Below, one piece after another: positions 23,203 through 37,255 of a DNA stretch of 64,000 nucleotides. Source of the DNA: Macrostomum lignano (lineage: Eukaryota); the NCBI GenBank assembly GCA_002269645.1, contig NIVC01001271.1:62001-126000 (forward strand), in the 5' to 3' direction. The first letter of the stretch is position 1. Each line of letters opens with the position of its first letter. The notes below the pieces were generated by a model that was not told the origin of the DNA, searched no databases, and was given only the letters and a program-made list of their open reading frames with translations. Made by a program: the position numbers and the translations under genes.

Positions 23203-23323
23203 TTCCAATCCAAACTATAAATAAAAACTGCCGCTCAATGCGCCTCGAAGCCTTAACTTATTAGGTAGGCCCTGTCATCAATCAATCAAATCAGTCTTGT
23301 CTAAGCTTAATCGCTTCCATTAA

Positions 23324-24586
23324 TCAAGAGTTGGCGTTGGGTCCGCGACGACGACCGCCCGGCAGGTTGACAGTGGCCACGAATCGCTTGTTGTACTGAA
23401 TGCGGCGCTTAGCCCGGCCAGTTTTGGCCTTGTGCTTCTCCTGCTTGGCCACTTTTGGCGTCTGGCCGCGCACTTTGCCAGCTCGGGCCAGCGAGCCGTG
23501 CACCTTGCCGCCGGGTAGCAACGCCTGGATGTCCAGAGTGGTGCCTTCGGTGGCCACCTGTGGTACAGCGGAGGGGGTAGGGGGGGGGTGGGACATGACA
23601 CTTGCTTGATACAAATCAAAACCGTTTCTGTCATTTTAACCTAGAGTTCAGTTGTTCTTAATCAGATCCCACAATAGCTGTCAATCCAATCAGATCCCAC
23701 AATAGCTGTCAATCCAATCAGATCCCACAATAGCTGTCAATCCAATCAGATCCCACAATAGCTGTCAATCCAATCAGATCCCACAATGGCTGTCAATCGA
23801 ATCAGATCCCATAATGGCTGTCAATCCAATCAGATCCCACAATGGCTGTCAATCCAATCAGACTTCACAATGGCTGTCAATCCAATCAGATCCCACAATG
23901 GCTGTCAATCCAGTCAATTATCAGATCCCACAATAGCTGTCAATCCAATCAGATCCCACAATAGCTGTCAATCCAATCAGATCCCACAATGGCTGTCAAT
24001 CCAGTCAATTATCAGATCCCACAATAGCTGTCAATCCAATCAGATCCCACAATGGCTGTCAATCCAATCAGATCCCATAATGGCTGTCAATCCAATCAGA
24101 TCCCACAATGGCTGTCAATCCAATCAGACTTCACAATGGCTGTCAATCCAATCAGATCCCACAATAGCTGTCAATCCAGTCAATTATCAGATCCCACAAT
24201 GACTGTCCAATCAGATCCCACAATAGCTGTCAATCCAATCAGATCCCACAATAGCTGTCAATCCAATCAGATCCCACAATAGCTGTCAATCCAATCAGAT
24301 CCCACAATAGCTGTCAATCCAATCAGATCCCACAATAGCTGTCAATCCAATCAGATCCCCAAAATAAGTGCTAAGTTAGCAAGCCAAGCATGCACTATGC
24401 AAAACTCACAGTCGCAATGGTGGCATCATCGTCCAGAGCTTCACCGGCAGCGGCAAACACAGCCAGGCCTAGAGGAGAGGCGCCGCACTGTTCGCCAGCC
24501 CAGGTCTTCAGGTCGGCAACGGTGTCCTCGGCGGCAAACTGCTTGGCGATGGTGTCGCCAGTAGGCAGGGAGACAAACACGGGCAT
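23324..24586 (-). CDS. FAU: FUBI-ribosomal protein S30 (eS30) fusion. Exons 24586..24410 and 23557..23324, 136 aa
   Basis: Ubiquitin-like [10 protein letters not shown]...[10 protein letters not shown]|[17 protein letters not shown] followed by [24 protein letters not shown]...GPNANS. Donor ACT|GTGAGT, acceptor CACAG|GTG. Confidence 0.96.
23660..24360. repeat. 28-bp minisatellite (~25 copies) filling the FAU intron
   Basis: Unit AATCAGATCCCACAATAGCTGTCAATCC. Confidence 0.95.
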
Positions 24587-25669
24587 GATTTCTGGCAGGT
24601 TCTCTTTGCGTTGGATTGCTACTAGGAGCTGAAGATTGATGAGATTAAAAAGTACTCCAGAGTGCAGATTAAAGAAGACTGACAATAGTCAGTGTTCCAG
24701 CTTCATGTTACTTGTACTTGATGCTCACATATAACATGTTTTCTAGACAATTGCCATTATAGACAATGGAATATTCCATATTTGTACTATAGTACTAGAT
24801 AGGACAAAATCTAGTGTTATATATTAATAAATATTGGCCTTAGGATACACCAATATTATTAGGATCATTAACCTTTCTGTAATGTTGCCGTTGTTTAGAT
24901 TATTTACATAAGCCCTAAAGGCTTGGGTTATTTTTTTTTAAATACAGGCTATTGTTCTATTATAAAGATCATGCAAAATATATGCTAGAAAAATTGATAT
25001 ATTAAAAAATAAGTGTTACCACTCTAGAAAGAGAGCAAGATTGGTACTCAAGAGCTGTAGCCCCTCCCTATTCCTCCCTTGACACAGCCACTGGTGCCAA
25101 CTATAGGCCAATGTCAACTGTATATTGGTAACCCAAAAAAATTATATTGGGAATTTTTTGGTATGTCCTATATCTCTATATGCTCTTAATAGCTAGAATC
25201 CTCCAATATATATGCTAGAAGCCATCTGTCTCTTTGTATGTGTATAAGATATGCCAAGCAAAAAGCATAAGTTGCACCAGTTTTAAATCATCTATGCTCT
25301 TGTTGTGTAGTAGTTTTATCTACTGCCTTTTTGTCTACTAGTAGATGAAATACGAGGTAGCATTTTCTAATAAAATATAGGACATAACATTGTCCCAGTC
25401 TTGTATGTATACCCAGAACTGGATTAAAGTGAATGATATATAATTTATTGTCTGCATCAATGTATAAAAGTTGTTTTATATCTTTGCAATAGTTTTATAT
25501 TTTTGTGTATATACCTTATTGGAAGGAAACCTTATTTAGCCCTTATTCAATCATTCGAGTCAGTGATATTTTTAACCTTTCATTGGTCATGGATCTTGCA
25601 CTTTATTTCCAAAATAAAAAAAACAATAAATGAAGCTGGTTGAAATACCAAACTATTTAAGTGCTACAA

Positions 25670-26442
25670 GGCTCATTCCATATAAGCATGGTCGTAACAT
25701 GACAGGTTATTTTTACTTATAAAATGAAATCTAATAATAGAATATACTAAACCAATATTTTAAATGAAAGATTATTTTGTCTAGAATATATTTATAGAGT
25801 TTCATATAGATATCATCATTAGTATAGATGCTATTAAACCTTAAATGACACTTATGGTAGTAACGACAGGATTTTTGACATATAGAAACTAAAAGGTAAA
25901 AGTCTTATAACATTTTTCATTTTTGATATTTTGCAATACATTTTTAAAATTTGACTAAGAACATCTTTAGAAATCATACTCTTTTATTAGAATATATAAA
26001 CTCAAAAGGCAACAAAGATACAAAAGAAAAGGCAGCCTTATGGTCGTAACATATTTTTTTCTGTCAATTCAGTAACTTTGAGGTACTAATACATTAAAAA
26101 TATAATAGATTATTTGGTCACCAATGCTTTTATCTGATGATGCAAGTACTATACTTTTATCTATAGTTTGTTTCAACCTTCAAAAGCTTTCTATTTGTTT
26201 TTAAAAGGTACAAAATCTTAATGATGTCTTTTGCTTCGAAAAATGTCCAAATTTTTACAAAAATGACTTTTTGCCAATTGATAACATACTAATCCAACAT
26301 TTTACCATTCCTTTATTCTTAGATTGTATATATTGCACAATATAAACATTTGGTAAAAAAAATAGGCTAATTAGGCAATGGCAAGCAAAAATATTGACTT
26401 TTTTCTATTTTCCAAATATGTCCATCTTATATGGAATGAGCC
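25670..26442. mobile_element. MITE copy 1 (773 bp), 17-bp TIR, 4-bp TSD ACAA
   Basis: GGCTCATTCCATATAAG ... CTTATATGGAATGAGCC flanked by ACAA/ACAA; near-identical to 28248..29027. Confidence 0.92.
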
Positions 26443-26599
26443 ACAAGGATACTGTACTTTGGATTTCAATTAGTCATTCAATTGGATCAGTTAGTGTGAC
26501 AAACCAAGGATGAACATTTTGCTCAATTATAGGAAGTAGTTTGCAAAGGCAATGCTAACTATAAACACTGGCAACTGCTAATGAGCAAAGATTGCTAAG

Positions 26600-27215
26600 C
26601 AAGTACATCTGATCTGTTGGAGTTATATTTCTTAATGGGTAATATTTATATATAACAAATAAGGAAATAATTGATGAGAATTGTTGCCAACTAGCCAAGC
26701 TATGCAAAGATTCTGGCTATCTAGTATGCACAATTAATGTTCTATGCAGCAGAGCCAATTACCAACTTGAAGATATCTAGAACCAACTAGGCCTGATTCA
26801 AAAGCTTCATCTGGTTGTTGGTTGTTGTGTAATACTAATGAGGAATATTGTCTATTTAGTGGCTTAGTTAATAGATCTAATGGAATTATTTATAGAATAT
26901 GCTATATGACATGTACAAAACTGCCTAGTCTGCCTATAGTGGTATGGGTTGAGTTCAACAAATATAGTAGGAACTTGCATTGTCTATCCAGGAATAGCAA
27001 TGACCTCAGTGGAGAATGATTCCAATTGGAACAATCAGAAAAGCCTCTGTCATTTGTAGTATCTAACAATTGCCACTAAAATTGGCCTAGGTTATTACAA
27101 TTCACAATTTGCAAAGAATGATACTGAACAAAATTTTTATCGATATAGGCTATGGCCAAAGCAAATAAAAGTCAATAGTTTGGCTTGCTTTACATTGCAC
27201 TATTGTTTTTATTGT
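26600..27215 (+). pseudogene. Decayed Pif1-family helicase fragment (Helitron-type)
   Basis: Frameshifted motifs LHLVVGCCVILMRNI, GLVNRSNG..PSLPIVVWVEFNKYS, QLPLKLA*VITIHNLQRMILNKIFIDIG and GLLYIAL correspond to Pif1 LxLAVGARVMLTRN, GLVNGS, QLPLKLAWAITIHKSQG and GLxYVALSR. Confidence 0.8.
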
Positions 27216-27779
27216 CTGACAGATTTGCACATCAATGCTTGCAAAAGTAAAAGTATTTGTACCAGTGTATATATATCTTTAAAAGCTGAATATTTTAAAT
27301 GAATTAGCAATTATCAACCAAGAAGAAGTGGAACTTGTCCAAAGCAGGGGTAAGTATAGTATTAGCTTATTAAGTTTTAACAATGCAAATTTTGATTGGA
27401 AACATTATATTACATGTACTTATTTTTATTTTAGATTATATCTTTAGACTTGTTTATTCAAAATTGTTATTCATTTAAACATCTCAGGTGAAATGTTTGT
27501 CATATTGTCAGTAGTAGCTTAGCATAGCCAAAACAATTTGCTTAAAGCATTTTGCCACACTAAAAAATAGTAGCAGCTTCTAGATGTATATAATTGTGCT
27601 AAGCTAATGCTAGATTTTAAAGCAAATATCAGTTTAGTGAAAGTGTATTTGATAGAGACTATTAGGAAAACAGTATGCAATTCTAATGTTCAAACTTCTA
27701 TAATCAGTTGTGTGCATTCAGGCAAGGTAAAAATCCAGTTGCAATAGTTGCAGTTGTAGAGTAGCAGAGCTCTATTCCA

Positions 27780-29560
27780 ATGTTGACAATAGAAGTTCAG
27801 GAGTCTGAGGATATGATCTCAGCAATTGTTTATCAATCAATTGCTATGAAGGAAATGTTTGAAGTCTATCCAGAAGTGCTACTATTTGACACTACTTATA
27901 AGGTGGACAATTGTAACATGCTACTCTTGCCAATGGTTAAAGATGGTGACAATAGTATCTAAGTATCTAAGACTATTAATACTAATTGCTAATGAAATAG
28001 CTAAGACTATAGCAAATGCTGTAAACTTTTTACCACTTTTTGTAGCATATGATAAGGTTTGCTGCTTAATAGTTGACAAAGACTTGACAGCTTTAAAAAT
28101 CTTGAATAAGTGCTTTTACAATGCTAAGCCAAATTTGTACAAATTCCACATTTTATGAACTTTCAAGCATATTGCTACAGAGAGTCAAATGTCAATCACT
28201 ATTCCTTAGAAAACTGCAGTCCTTAAGCTCCTAGAAAATATGGTCCAGGCTCATTCCATATAAGCATGGTCGTAACATGACAGGCTATTTTTACTTATAA
28301 AATGAAATCTAATAATAAAATATACTAAACCAATATTTTAAATGAAAGATTATTTTGTCTAGAATATATTTATAGAGTTTCATATAGATATCATCATTAG
28401 TATAGATGCTATTAAACCTTAAATGACACTTATAGTCGTAACAACAGGATTTTTGACATATAGAAACTAAAAGGTAAAAGTCTTATAACATTTTTCATTT
28501 TTGATATTTTGCAATACATTTTTAAAATTTGACTAAGAACATCTTTAGAAATCATACTCTTTTATTAGATATAAACTTAAAAGGCAACAAAGATACAAAA
28601 GAAAAGGCAGCCCTATGGTTGTAACATTATGGTCATAACATATTTTTTTTCTGTCAATTCAGTAACTTTGAGGTACTAATACATTAAAAATATAATAGAT
28701 TATTTGGTCACCAATGCTTTTATCTGATGATGCAAGTACTATACTTTTATCTATAGTTTGCTTCAACCTTCAAAAGCTTTCTTTATTTTTAAAAGGTACA
28801 TAATCTTAATGATGTCTTTTGCTTCAAAAAATGTCCAAATTTTTACAAAAATGACTTTTTGCCAATTGATAACATACTAATCTAACATTTTACCATTCCT
28901 TTATTCTTAGATTGTATATATTGCACATAAAAAACATTTGGTAAAAAAATAGGCTAATAAGGCAATGGCAAGCAAAAAGATTGACTTTTTTATTTTCCAA
29001 ATATGTCCATCTTATATGGAATGAGCCTCCACACAGTGACAGAAGCAGAATTTGAAAGATCTCATTGCCAGCTGCAGCAATTGGCATTGCCATATCTTCT
29101 AGAGTACTTCAAAAAAGTAGGTTCTCTTGTAGGCATCAGTGGGCAAAGTGCTATAGGAAGTTTTGCCTTAACCTTAGTACAAGTGATACTCAGCAACTAG
29201 AATGTTTTCATTGGTAGGTGAAGGATGTCATTAGACACAATTTGGAGATTACATTTTTTGTTGCCAACTTTCTATTCCTACTTCACTCAACTGATAAAAA
29301 GGTAAATCACTAGGTATTCAATACAAAAAACAGACCAACAACAGTACTATCAAGCTCAAGCTTTTTATACAAATAATTTAAAGTCTTGGCACCATTTCCT
29401 TTTGCTCAAGTTGAGAAGAAATCAAAGAATGTGTCATTAACCACTGTCACTGATAAGTTAGAAAATAGTTGAAAAGGTGTTCTGCGTGTTAGTAGTCTAA
29501 CTTGCCAGTGTGCTGCCTTCAATTCCTTTTCACTGCCATGTAAGCACATTTTGCAACTCC
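27780..29560 (+). mobile_element. Decayed Mutator-like (MULE, ZSWIM-type) transposase, interrupted by MITE copy 2
   Basis: YQSIAMKEMFEVYPEVLLFDTTYKVD, IVDKDL..LYKFHIL, ENMV|HTVTEAEFE..YF (frame restored when the MITE plus one TSD is removed), and SWIM finger TCQCAAFNSFSLPCKHIL at ~29500-29555. Confidence 0.82.
28248..29027. mobile_element. MITE copy 2 (780 bp), 17-bp TIR, 4-bp TSD TCCA
   Basis: Same TIRs as 25670..26442; flanks TCCA/TCCA. Confidence 0.92.
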
Positions 29561-30339
29561 AAGTATGGGAACTCTTGCTATTATTTCATGAAGATTTGAT
29601 CATATGATGATGGTTGCATAGCTACTGGCTTTCTATGACTAGATTGAACTCATCTAAGAGCTCCATTACTATCCATTCAATTGACAAAAAAGTGTGTTCT
29701 AATAGATACATAGAAAATTTTTAAAGCGTACTCAGTTTGCAAATAGCTAGCATAAATCATTATCTATTATAATGGTTCAGTTAAGAAATTGAATGTCACT
29801 TCCGGAGCAAATGCTTTAGGGCTAGAAAGAAAGTCACTCTATTAGTATCCACTCCATATTAGGAATAAACCAAACATCCTTTGTGCCTGCATTAGGAAAG
29901 CATAGAATACACACCCAATGACAATATTTTTGCTACATTTGACATTGATGCAAAGCTTGAGGTAGATATTCTTACATTTTTTACTTATACATTTTTAGCA
30001 ACTGGATGCTGAGCAAATGCCCAAGGCTAAACAACTGGGGCTTTGGAGTCATTTAAGGTTTGTTTTTGGGAGTTATTTCCTACATGCAATAGTTTTTTAC
30101 TTGCAATCTAGTGTCCTCCTTTGGGGCACCCAATAAGGAAGGAACAAAAATTATTTATACAAATCCATTAAAAAGCACATTTTCTTAAGAACCAACTTAT
30201 TTTTTAGTTTTATGCTAATATAAACCACCTTATTTTAGTAAAATTTTCACAGACAAATATATTTGCTATGAATCTATATATTGCCTTAAAGTAAAATGAC
30301 ACAAAAAAAATAAAGCCTTCACAAAAGAAACATGCATTC

Positions 30340-30735
30340 CCTAGACCCCAACACCCCCTTAAATAGCAAGCACTCCCAGATAGCAAACATCCCTTAGATT
30401 GCAAGCATCCCCCAGATAGCAAGTATCCCCCCAGATAGAAAGCATCCTCTAATAGTAAGCAACCCCAGATAGCAAGTATCTCCATAGATAGATAGCAAGC
30501 ATCTTTAAGATAGCAAGCATCCTTCAAATAGCAATAAACCCTAAACAGCAAGTATACACCCCAATAGCAAGCACCTCCCAGATAGCAAGCAAACCTAGAT
30601 AGCAAACATCCATGGATATAAAGAATCACTAGATAGCTAGCAACCCCCTCCTTAGACAGTAGGTACCCCCTACCCCTGAGAGCAAACATCTCCCCAATAT
30701 AACAAGCTACCCCAGATAGCAAGCATCCACTAGAC
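30340..30735. repeat. Degenerate ~20-bp tandem repeat
   Basis: Recurrent (A)GATAGCAAGCAYCCCCC. Confidence 0.75.
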
Positions 30736-30759
30736 ATTAAGTAGCTAATGCAACAATTT

Positions 30760-31136
30760 CCTTAGCTAATGCAATGATTGCTATCTTAGGTAGTGCAAAA
30801 ATCATTTATTTATCAAATGCAATAATTTATGTCTTAGCTAGTGCAACAATCCTTTTCTCTCATCAAGCATATTTTTCCTCTAGTGCAATAGTCGACATTT
30901 CATCTAATACAAGTATCCTTTTTTCATTTAGTGCAATAATCCTTTACTCATTAAGCACAATAATGCATGTTTCAACAAGTGCAATAATCCTTTACTTACT
31001 AAGTGCAATAATCATTGTCTCATCAAATGCAATAATCATTGTTTCATCAAGCATAATAATCTTTTATTATTCTCATCAAGCATAGGGATATGATCATCAA
31101 GTGCAATGATCATTGTGTTTTTAATAAAAGCTTTCA

Positions 31137-31176
<40 letters not shown>
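30760..31176. repeat. Degenerate ~28-bp tandem repeat followed by (TA)n
   Basis: Recurrent AGTGCAATAATC(A/C)TT; (TA)n at ~31140-31176. Confidence 0.65.
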
Positions 31177-31180
<4 letters not shown>

Positions 31181-34100
31181 TGTAATATTTTATAATAATA
31201 CTATACCAAGATTTGAACAAAGGTTGCTGCAGTAGTATTTCAGTCTGTTCATATCTAGGCTAGCTCTTCATTGAATTTATAAAATGAATTTGTAGCACTT
31301 ATAATTCAATACTCATACCAAGTCAGATAAAGTAAAAGTTATATAAAGCAATTATGACAATCAATTTTTTCAGGTAAGTCAATACTAGTCTTTATTAAAG
31401 TTAGCAATATGGTTATGCAACATAAATAAAGTCTTTTTTTATACTTCCACACTGCATTTTTAACACTGGCACAATTCAATTCAATGTCAAAAATCAGCTA
31501 GGGGCCTAATAGATAGACTGAATAAATAAAAAGCCTAGTCTAATATAATTTATTCATAATCAGATCTTAGCTAGTCAGTTTTTTCCTTAGCATTCTTACA
31601 ATGCATTTCAAGTCAAAAAATTGCTTGACCTTTGCAAAAAAGCATGTTTTTCACATATTTAATCCTTTTAGCATTAAGCAATTCCTTAACCATGTTGTAT
31701 ATACTAGGCCTATCATGGAAAAAATTCTGATCAAATGGTGCAAGTTTGAAAGAATATTTTTTCTTTGATCAATTATATATCTATCTTATTATCTACTTAT
31801 CTAAATAAATATTGACAAACCATTTTCAGTATATGAAGTCATTTGTAGTCCTAGTTTTTTATATTAAATTATTTTTTGATACTAAATTTTTTAACAAACA
31901 AACCAAAAAGGCTTATTAAAGCATTACTAAAGCTTTAAGTTTACTTTAAAGTTTACCTCCAAAGTTTATAAATGGTTTTAATGACAACCTTTTCAAGTTT
32001 TATCTTAACAAATTCCTTTGGCACTAGGTACTAAGTCTATCTATAGAAATACTTTAGCAATTTTTTTTAACCTATTACTATAGTGAGTAATGATATTTAA
32101 AAGCCTTCATGGTTTATAGACTTACATATATCTTAAATATGCTTTAGTAAACTCATTTTGGTTTATTTATCTAAAATTTTATATAAAAATAATTTACTCT
32201 AAGAAACTATAATTAGGGCCTATGCTAACATGTATATATAATATATTGTCTAAATTTCTATGATCTAGAATTACATAGAATAAGCCTAATAAATCTAAAT
32301 AAATTATCCACTCATTATTACTAATGGGGCCTATAGGCCCTATGTATTGTGCACTGCATTGACTCCAATTAAATTTAAAAATAGGCCTAAGCATCTTGGC
32401 CATAGACTAGGCCCCCATTATGGTAGCCTTCTAGCTTAAAATAGTTCATGGGGCCTAATCATAAATAAATTTCTAGAATAAAAATAGTTTAAAGAATAGG
32501 TCTTGACAACTCAGTCACAACTGGCCAACTGTTGTATAACTAAGCCTAGGCTAGACCTAACTAGGTAATGGGCAATGGCTAGAGTTCCGGCACTGGAACC
32601 TGTTTTCTAATGGCTATGGATCTGTCTAAAAATGTGTCGGCAAAAGTTATACAGGTTATGGATCTTCTGGCAGTCTTCTGCAGGCAGTTATCTACTAATA
32701 GTGCTTGATTACACTTAAAACACTTAAAATGTTGCAAAAAGTGTCGGCGAAAGTTATACAGGTTAGGCCTATGGATCTGACAGTCTTCTGCAGGCAGTTA
32801 TCTACTAATGAAGTCTTTGAACATTAGAAGTATCTTGTTTTGAATGTCATTGTTTCATTTTGATCTTATCTTGAACTAAATCCCAATATCAACCACCCAT
32901 TAAAAAGTAAAATGTTTTTGCTATATTATACTGGCATTCCTTCAGTATACAATCATTGAAATTAGTGACAATCCCCATTGCCATTGGAGGGATAGACCTA
33001 GAAAGATGACGAAAGTGCTGTTTTTTCATCAAAATGCAAAACAACAGCTGGCAACGCCAACAAGCACTCCGATAATTTTTATTTATCCATCATAACACAG
33101 GCTTATAGCTACAGATAATGTTTGAATGAAAAGAGACGGTAAGGGGCTTTGTGCTCCACTTCACTTCACGAGTCCAAGAATCAAAGACGATCCTATATAT
33201 CCACTTCGGTTTATGATCATTTAAATGGGAATAATACATGTAAATGATCGTGAACCGAAGCTAGCCATGTATCGAGATAGCTACAAGCATTATCTGAAAT
33301 CAAGCACTAGGGCCTATGGCACTAAGCACTAAGCACTATCCTCCTTGTGGAGGAATAGAGCCTGTTTTCCTAAACATAATAAACACACTATAAACTTCAA
33401 TGCAATACTTACTTAAGTAAGGTACCTTATCAGTGCTGTTACAGTTCTATTTTAAACACAAGAAATCGTAATGCATACGTACGTAGCCGCAGTACATTAA
33501 CGCACACTAATCTATAAAAAGAAGATGACTCTAACTAGTAGACCATAATTATGTGATTATGTTGTGACCGGACCTTTTTCTCAGCAGACGACGCGCTTTT
33601 CGTTTTGTATAGTTATTTTACAAACTTTAAAGAATACACATACGTATTGCAAATACTATAAATAAATGTAAGTATTCTGTATTGATTTTTTTGACTTCTT
33701 TACAAATTTTTGTTAATTCGGTATATATTTTGAAATGAAAATTCTACTAAAAAGCTTAATTCCTTGGATTTTTTTTTCTTTTTAGAAAATTACGCTTAGT
33801 AGTAAACCCGAAGGGTGAAGACGCTTTGGTGAAAAGTTGTTTTTTACAAAAAATTCTATAATTTTTCCCACAGCCATTTTTATGCGCAATATGTTATTCT
33901 ATCACTATGCCAATGGCATCAATATGCCAATAATAAATGAATAGGCTAACCAATTTTACAACATTTTTTCAATCAATTATTAATCAATTAAACGCATTAG
34001 AAGCATTATAGGCCCTATAGTCTCTAAAAAGTCGCAAAAGAAGTGCTTGGCAGATAGAAAATGCATGCCTATCTGCTATCACCTATGGCTATAAACCCAG

Positions 34101-34899
34101 TGAGCTATAAACTTGGCAAAATGACACAAAATTTGGCAAACAAAAATGCATTGAAAATTTTCGTGTATTCTTCGGCCTAGCAAGCATTGCATCTCTGTTC
34201 AATAGAAGCCATTCCCATTTTTTCACCAGTAGGGCCTATTATTAAATAATTGATAAAACAAGGGTGGGGGTTAATTTTACTAAGTAATAATAGGCCTAGT
34301 AATAAAGACATTGTTATTGGTAGTATAATTATTAGATAGGCCTAGGCCTAGGCCTAGTATTAGCAAGTAGAAAGACCAGTCTGAATCATGTTAGGCTAGG
34401 TGCATGCCTGAACAAAAATTGAATAGTTACAATGCACACAAAAAAGTTGAGTGCATAGCCATATTCTCAAAGCTAGACTAGAGCCTAGCGTCCAGGCCCC
34501 AAGTATTGTGTCAATAAATAACCTTTTTTGCATTGCAACAGTAAATGTTACATAAATGACCCTTTTTTATGCTAATAATTTGGTTGATTATTCATCTTTT
34601 TTGTTTATACTATATATAGCCAAAAATCAACATATAAACATTTGTTTAAACACCTTATTTGTTATTATAAGTTTTTCAAAGTAGAAAGCCTAAAATTTAT
34701 GCTTTAAAATCTACTTTTCCATGTTTTTCTATTTTTTTCCACTTAACATTAACTTTTCTGCATGATTCTATCAAGTGCATACTAGGTATGCATACACATT
34801 ATTTTTTAGGGTAATAGCAATACCTAACTTTTGGTATACAAGGCAAATGCATGCCAAAATTTTTGTGCATATACTACATGATCCAGAGTTTGGTAGGAC

Positions 34900-35590
34900 A
34901 AATCTCTACATATAAAAATCAAAACTCTGTCTGTCTGTCCGTCTGTGTGTGGACAATTTTGATCGCTATGGACTCCCAAACCGCTCAACCAAATTACACC
35001 AAACTTTACACCCACCCTAAACTTACTATGGAGAATGTCTTAGGCTACCTTTTAATTTCCTAAATTTGAGTCTTCCTACCTAAAAGTACAAAAAACTGCT
35101 CAAAATGCGCAATTTTTTTCACTTAATCCTCCATAGCGCCGCTCCACTTCTACCGATTCTCTTCAAATTTGACACAGGCAATTTTCACCTATTTTGACAC
35201 AATCGTGTAAAATTTCAAATCTCAAAGTTAATCCTGAAAGCCGCTGTGCACTTTTAAAGTTAGGCTGTTTTTTTTCAGCGTAGCAACCACCCCAACGTCC
35301 GCCCGCCTGCCCCTCTTTCCCAATCTGGGCCCAGCCCCAGATGTGTAAAAGGGTTTCAAAATTGACTAACTTTCAGCTGCCATAAGTTTGCTCCACGTAA
35401 AGCGATTGACTTCAAACTTGACACAATTCTTCATTGACTCATTCTCTGTCTAAATGTAAAGTTTCAACTCTGTAACTCAACCGAAAAAGAAACTGTAAGC
35501 ATGTAAAGTTTGTCTGCTTTTTCTGTTGTTTGTGCCACTCACTCACTCATTGCCCTAGAGCCAGACGAAGGGTCAGGCGATAGGACTGAA
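34900..35590 (+). mobile_element. Probable non-autonomous Helitron-like element (end uncertain)
   Basis: TCTACATATAAAAATCAAAACTCTGTCTGTCTGTCC...CTCCCAAACCGCTCAACCAAATTACACCAAACTT resembles typical non-autonomous Helitron 5' regions ((CTGT)n plus an AACCGATTT-like box). The 3' hairpin/CTAG was not clearly identified. Confidence 0.45.
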
Positions 35591-36129
35591 TGTACATAGC
35601 AAATGTACAGTGTTTTGGAATAACTTTATTTATAGCCTTCTCTGCACCCCAAGAGTGGAGAGGCTACGTTTAGCCATAACAGTTTAGTGAGAAATTCTAA
35701 CCACTGCCCTCCCCTCTGTATTGGCAAACTCTGCAGCAGTTTAACACTGGATGGCAATTGGCAAATCGAGGGAATCCAGCATGGTTTGTAAAAGCTAAAG
35801 ATTTATGAAAAGGCGATGCGATGCAATGCAATACAACCCTACTAAATTAGGCACACCAGGGAAATTTTAGGTTTCTTTTAAAGGTACTGTGTAAAATGGC
35901 CTCCTAAGAAATGCGTATTTCCTTGGTTTTTAGACTGATGCAAACTGCAATGGAGCTGAAGATACACAAATTCCTTTCAGGACTGCAAATTGGCAAGAAA
36001 GATGACGTGATCAAAGCATGAGAACAACCATGAGAGTACTATGTCCCACAAACTGGCTTTCCAAGCAGGGATGGGCAGACTTTTACCTCAAAGGCCAGAT
36101 AAAGAATCCAGCTCATAGCTGAGGGGCAG

Positions 36130-36828
36130 ATGAAAGTGGAAAGAAGAAGGAATAGACGATTCGAAGAGAGGAGAGGCAACAGAGGGGATAAAAGAAAAGA
36201 TAAAAGATAATAGAAGAGATGAGGGGGTGAGGACGATGAGAGAGAGGGGAGAAGAGGGGAGAGAGGAAAAGCGAGAGGAGAGAGTAGAGATGAGAGAGCA
36301 GAGAGCTGCAGATGAGAGGAGAGAGGAGACAGCAGAGAGGAGAGCAGAGAGGAAACAGGTGAAAGAAGAGATGAGAGAGTAAAGGGAAGAGAGAAGAGAT
36401 AAAGATACATCTCTACATCTCTAAGGTTCTAGAGATGAGAGAGGTGGAAGGAGAGATAAGAGATAACGGAGAGAGGAGAGTGGAGTGAGAGAAGAGAGAG
36501 AGACAGAGTATAGAAAAGGGAAGAGAAGAGAAAAGAAGAAAGGAGAAAGGAGAAAGGAAAGTGAGGAGTCAAAAGAGGGGAAAGAAAAGAGTACAGAGGA
36601 GAGAGGTGAGAGAACATATAAGACAGAGATGCCAGATTAAAGAGGGGGGATGAGAGAGCAGAGACGAGAGTAAACAGAAAAAAGATGGGAGAGTAGAGAG
36701 AACAGAGGAGAGGTTACAGAGACGAGAGGAGAGAGGAGAGACAAAGGTAGAGAAGTGAGTGAGGAGAGAGGAGCGGAAAGAAGAGAATGGAGAGGGGAGA
36801 GAGAGAAAGAGAGATAAGAGAGAAAGAC

Positions 36829-36920
<92 letters not shown>

Positions 36921-37255
36921 GAGCAGAGAGAAATGAGAAGAGATAAGAGATAAAAGATAAAAAAAGAGAAAGGAATGATGAGAGAGCAAAGACAAGAGAG
37001 AAAAGAGGTGAGGGAAGAGACGAGAGAAGAGGGGAGAGATGAGAGAGGAGAGGGGGAGAGAGGAGAAAGGAGAGGAGAGAGAAACGAAGAGACAAGAGAT
37101 GAGATAAGAGAGATGAAAGAGAAGAGAGATAAGGGAAGATACGAGAGGAGAGAGGAGAGAGGAGAGACGAGGGACGAGAGAGATGAGAGGAAACAAAGAG
37201 ACGATAGAAATTTTAAAGGATCCAAGGGACGTAGGGAGAGTCAGGGAGAGACCAG
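36130..37255 (+). repeat. ~1.1 kb polypurine tract with a perfect (GA)n core at ~36830-36917
   Basis: Almost exclusively A/G on the + strand. Confidence 0.95.
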
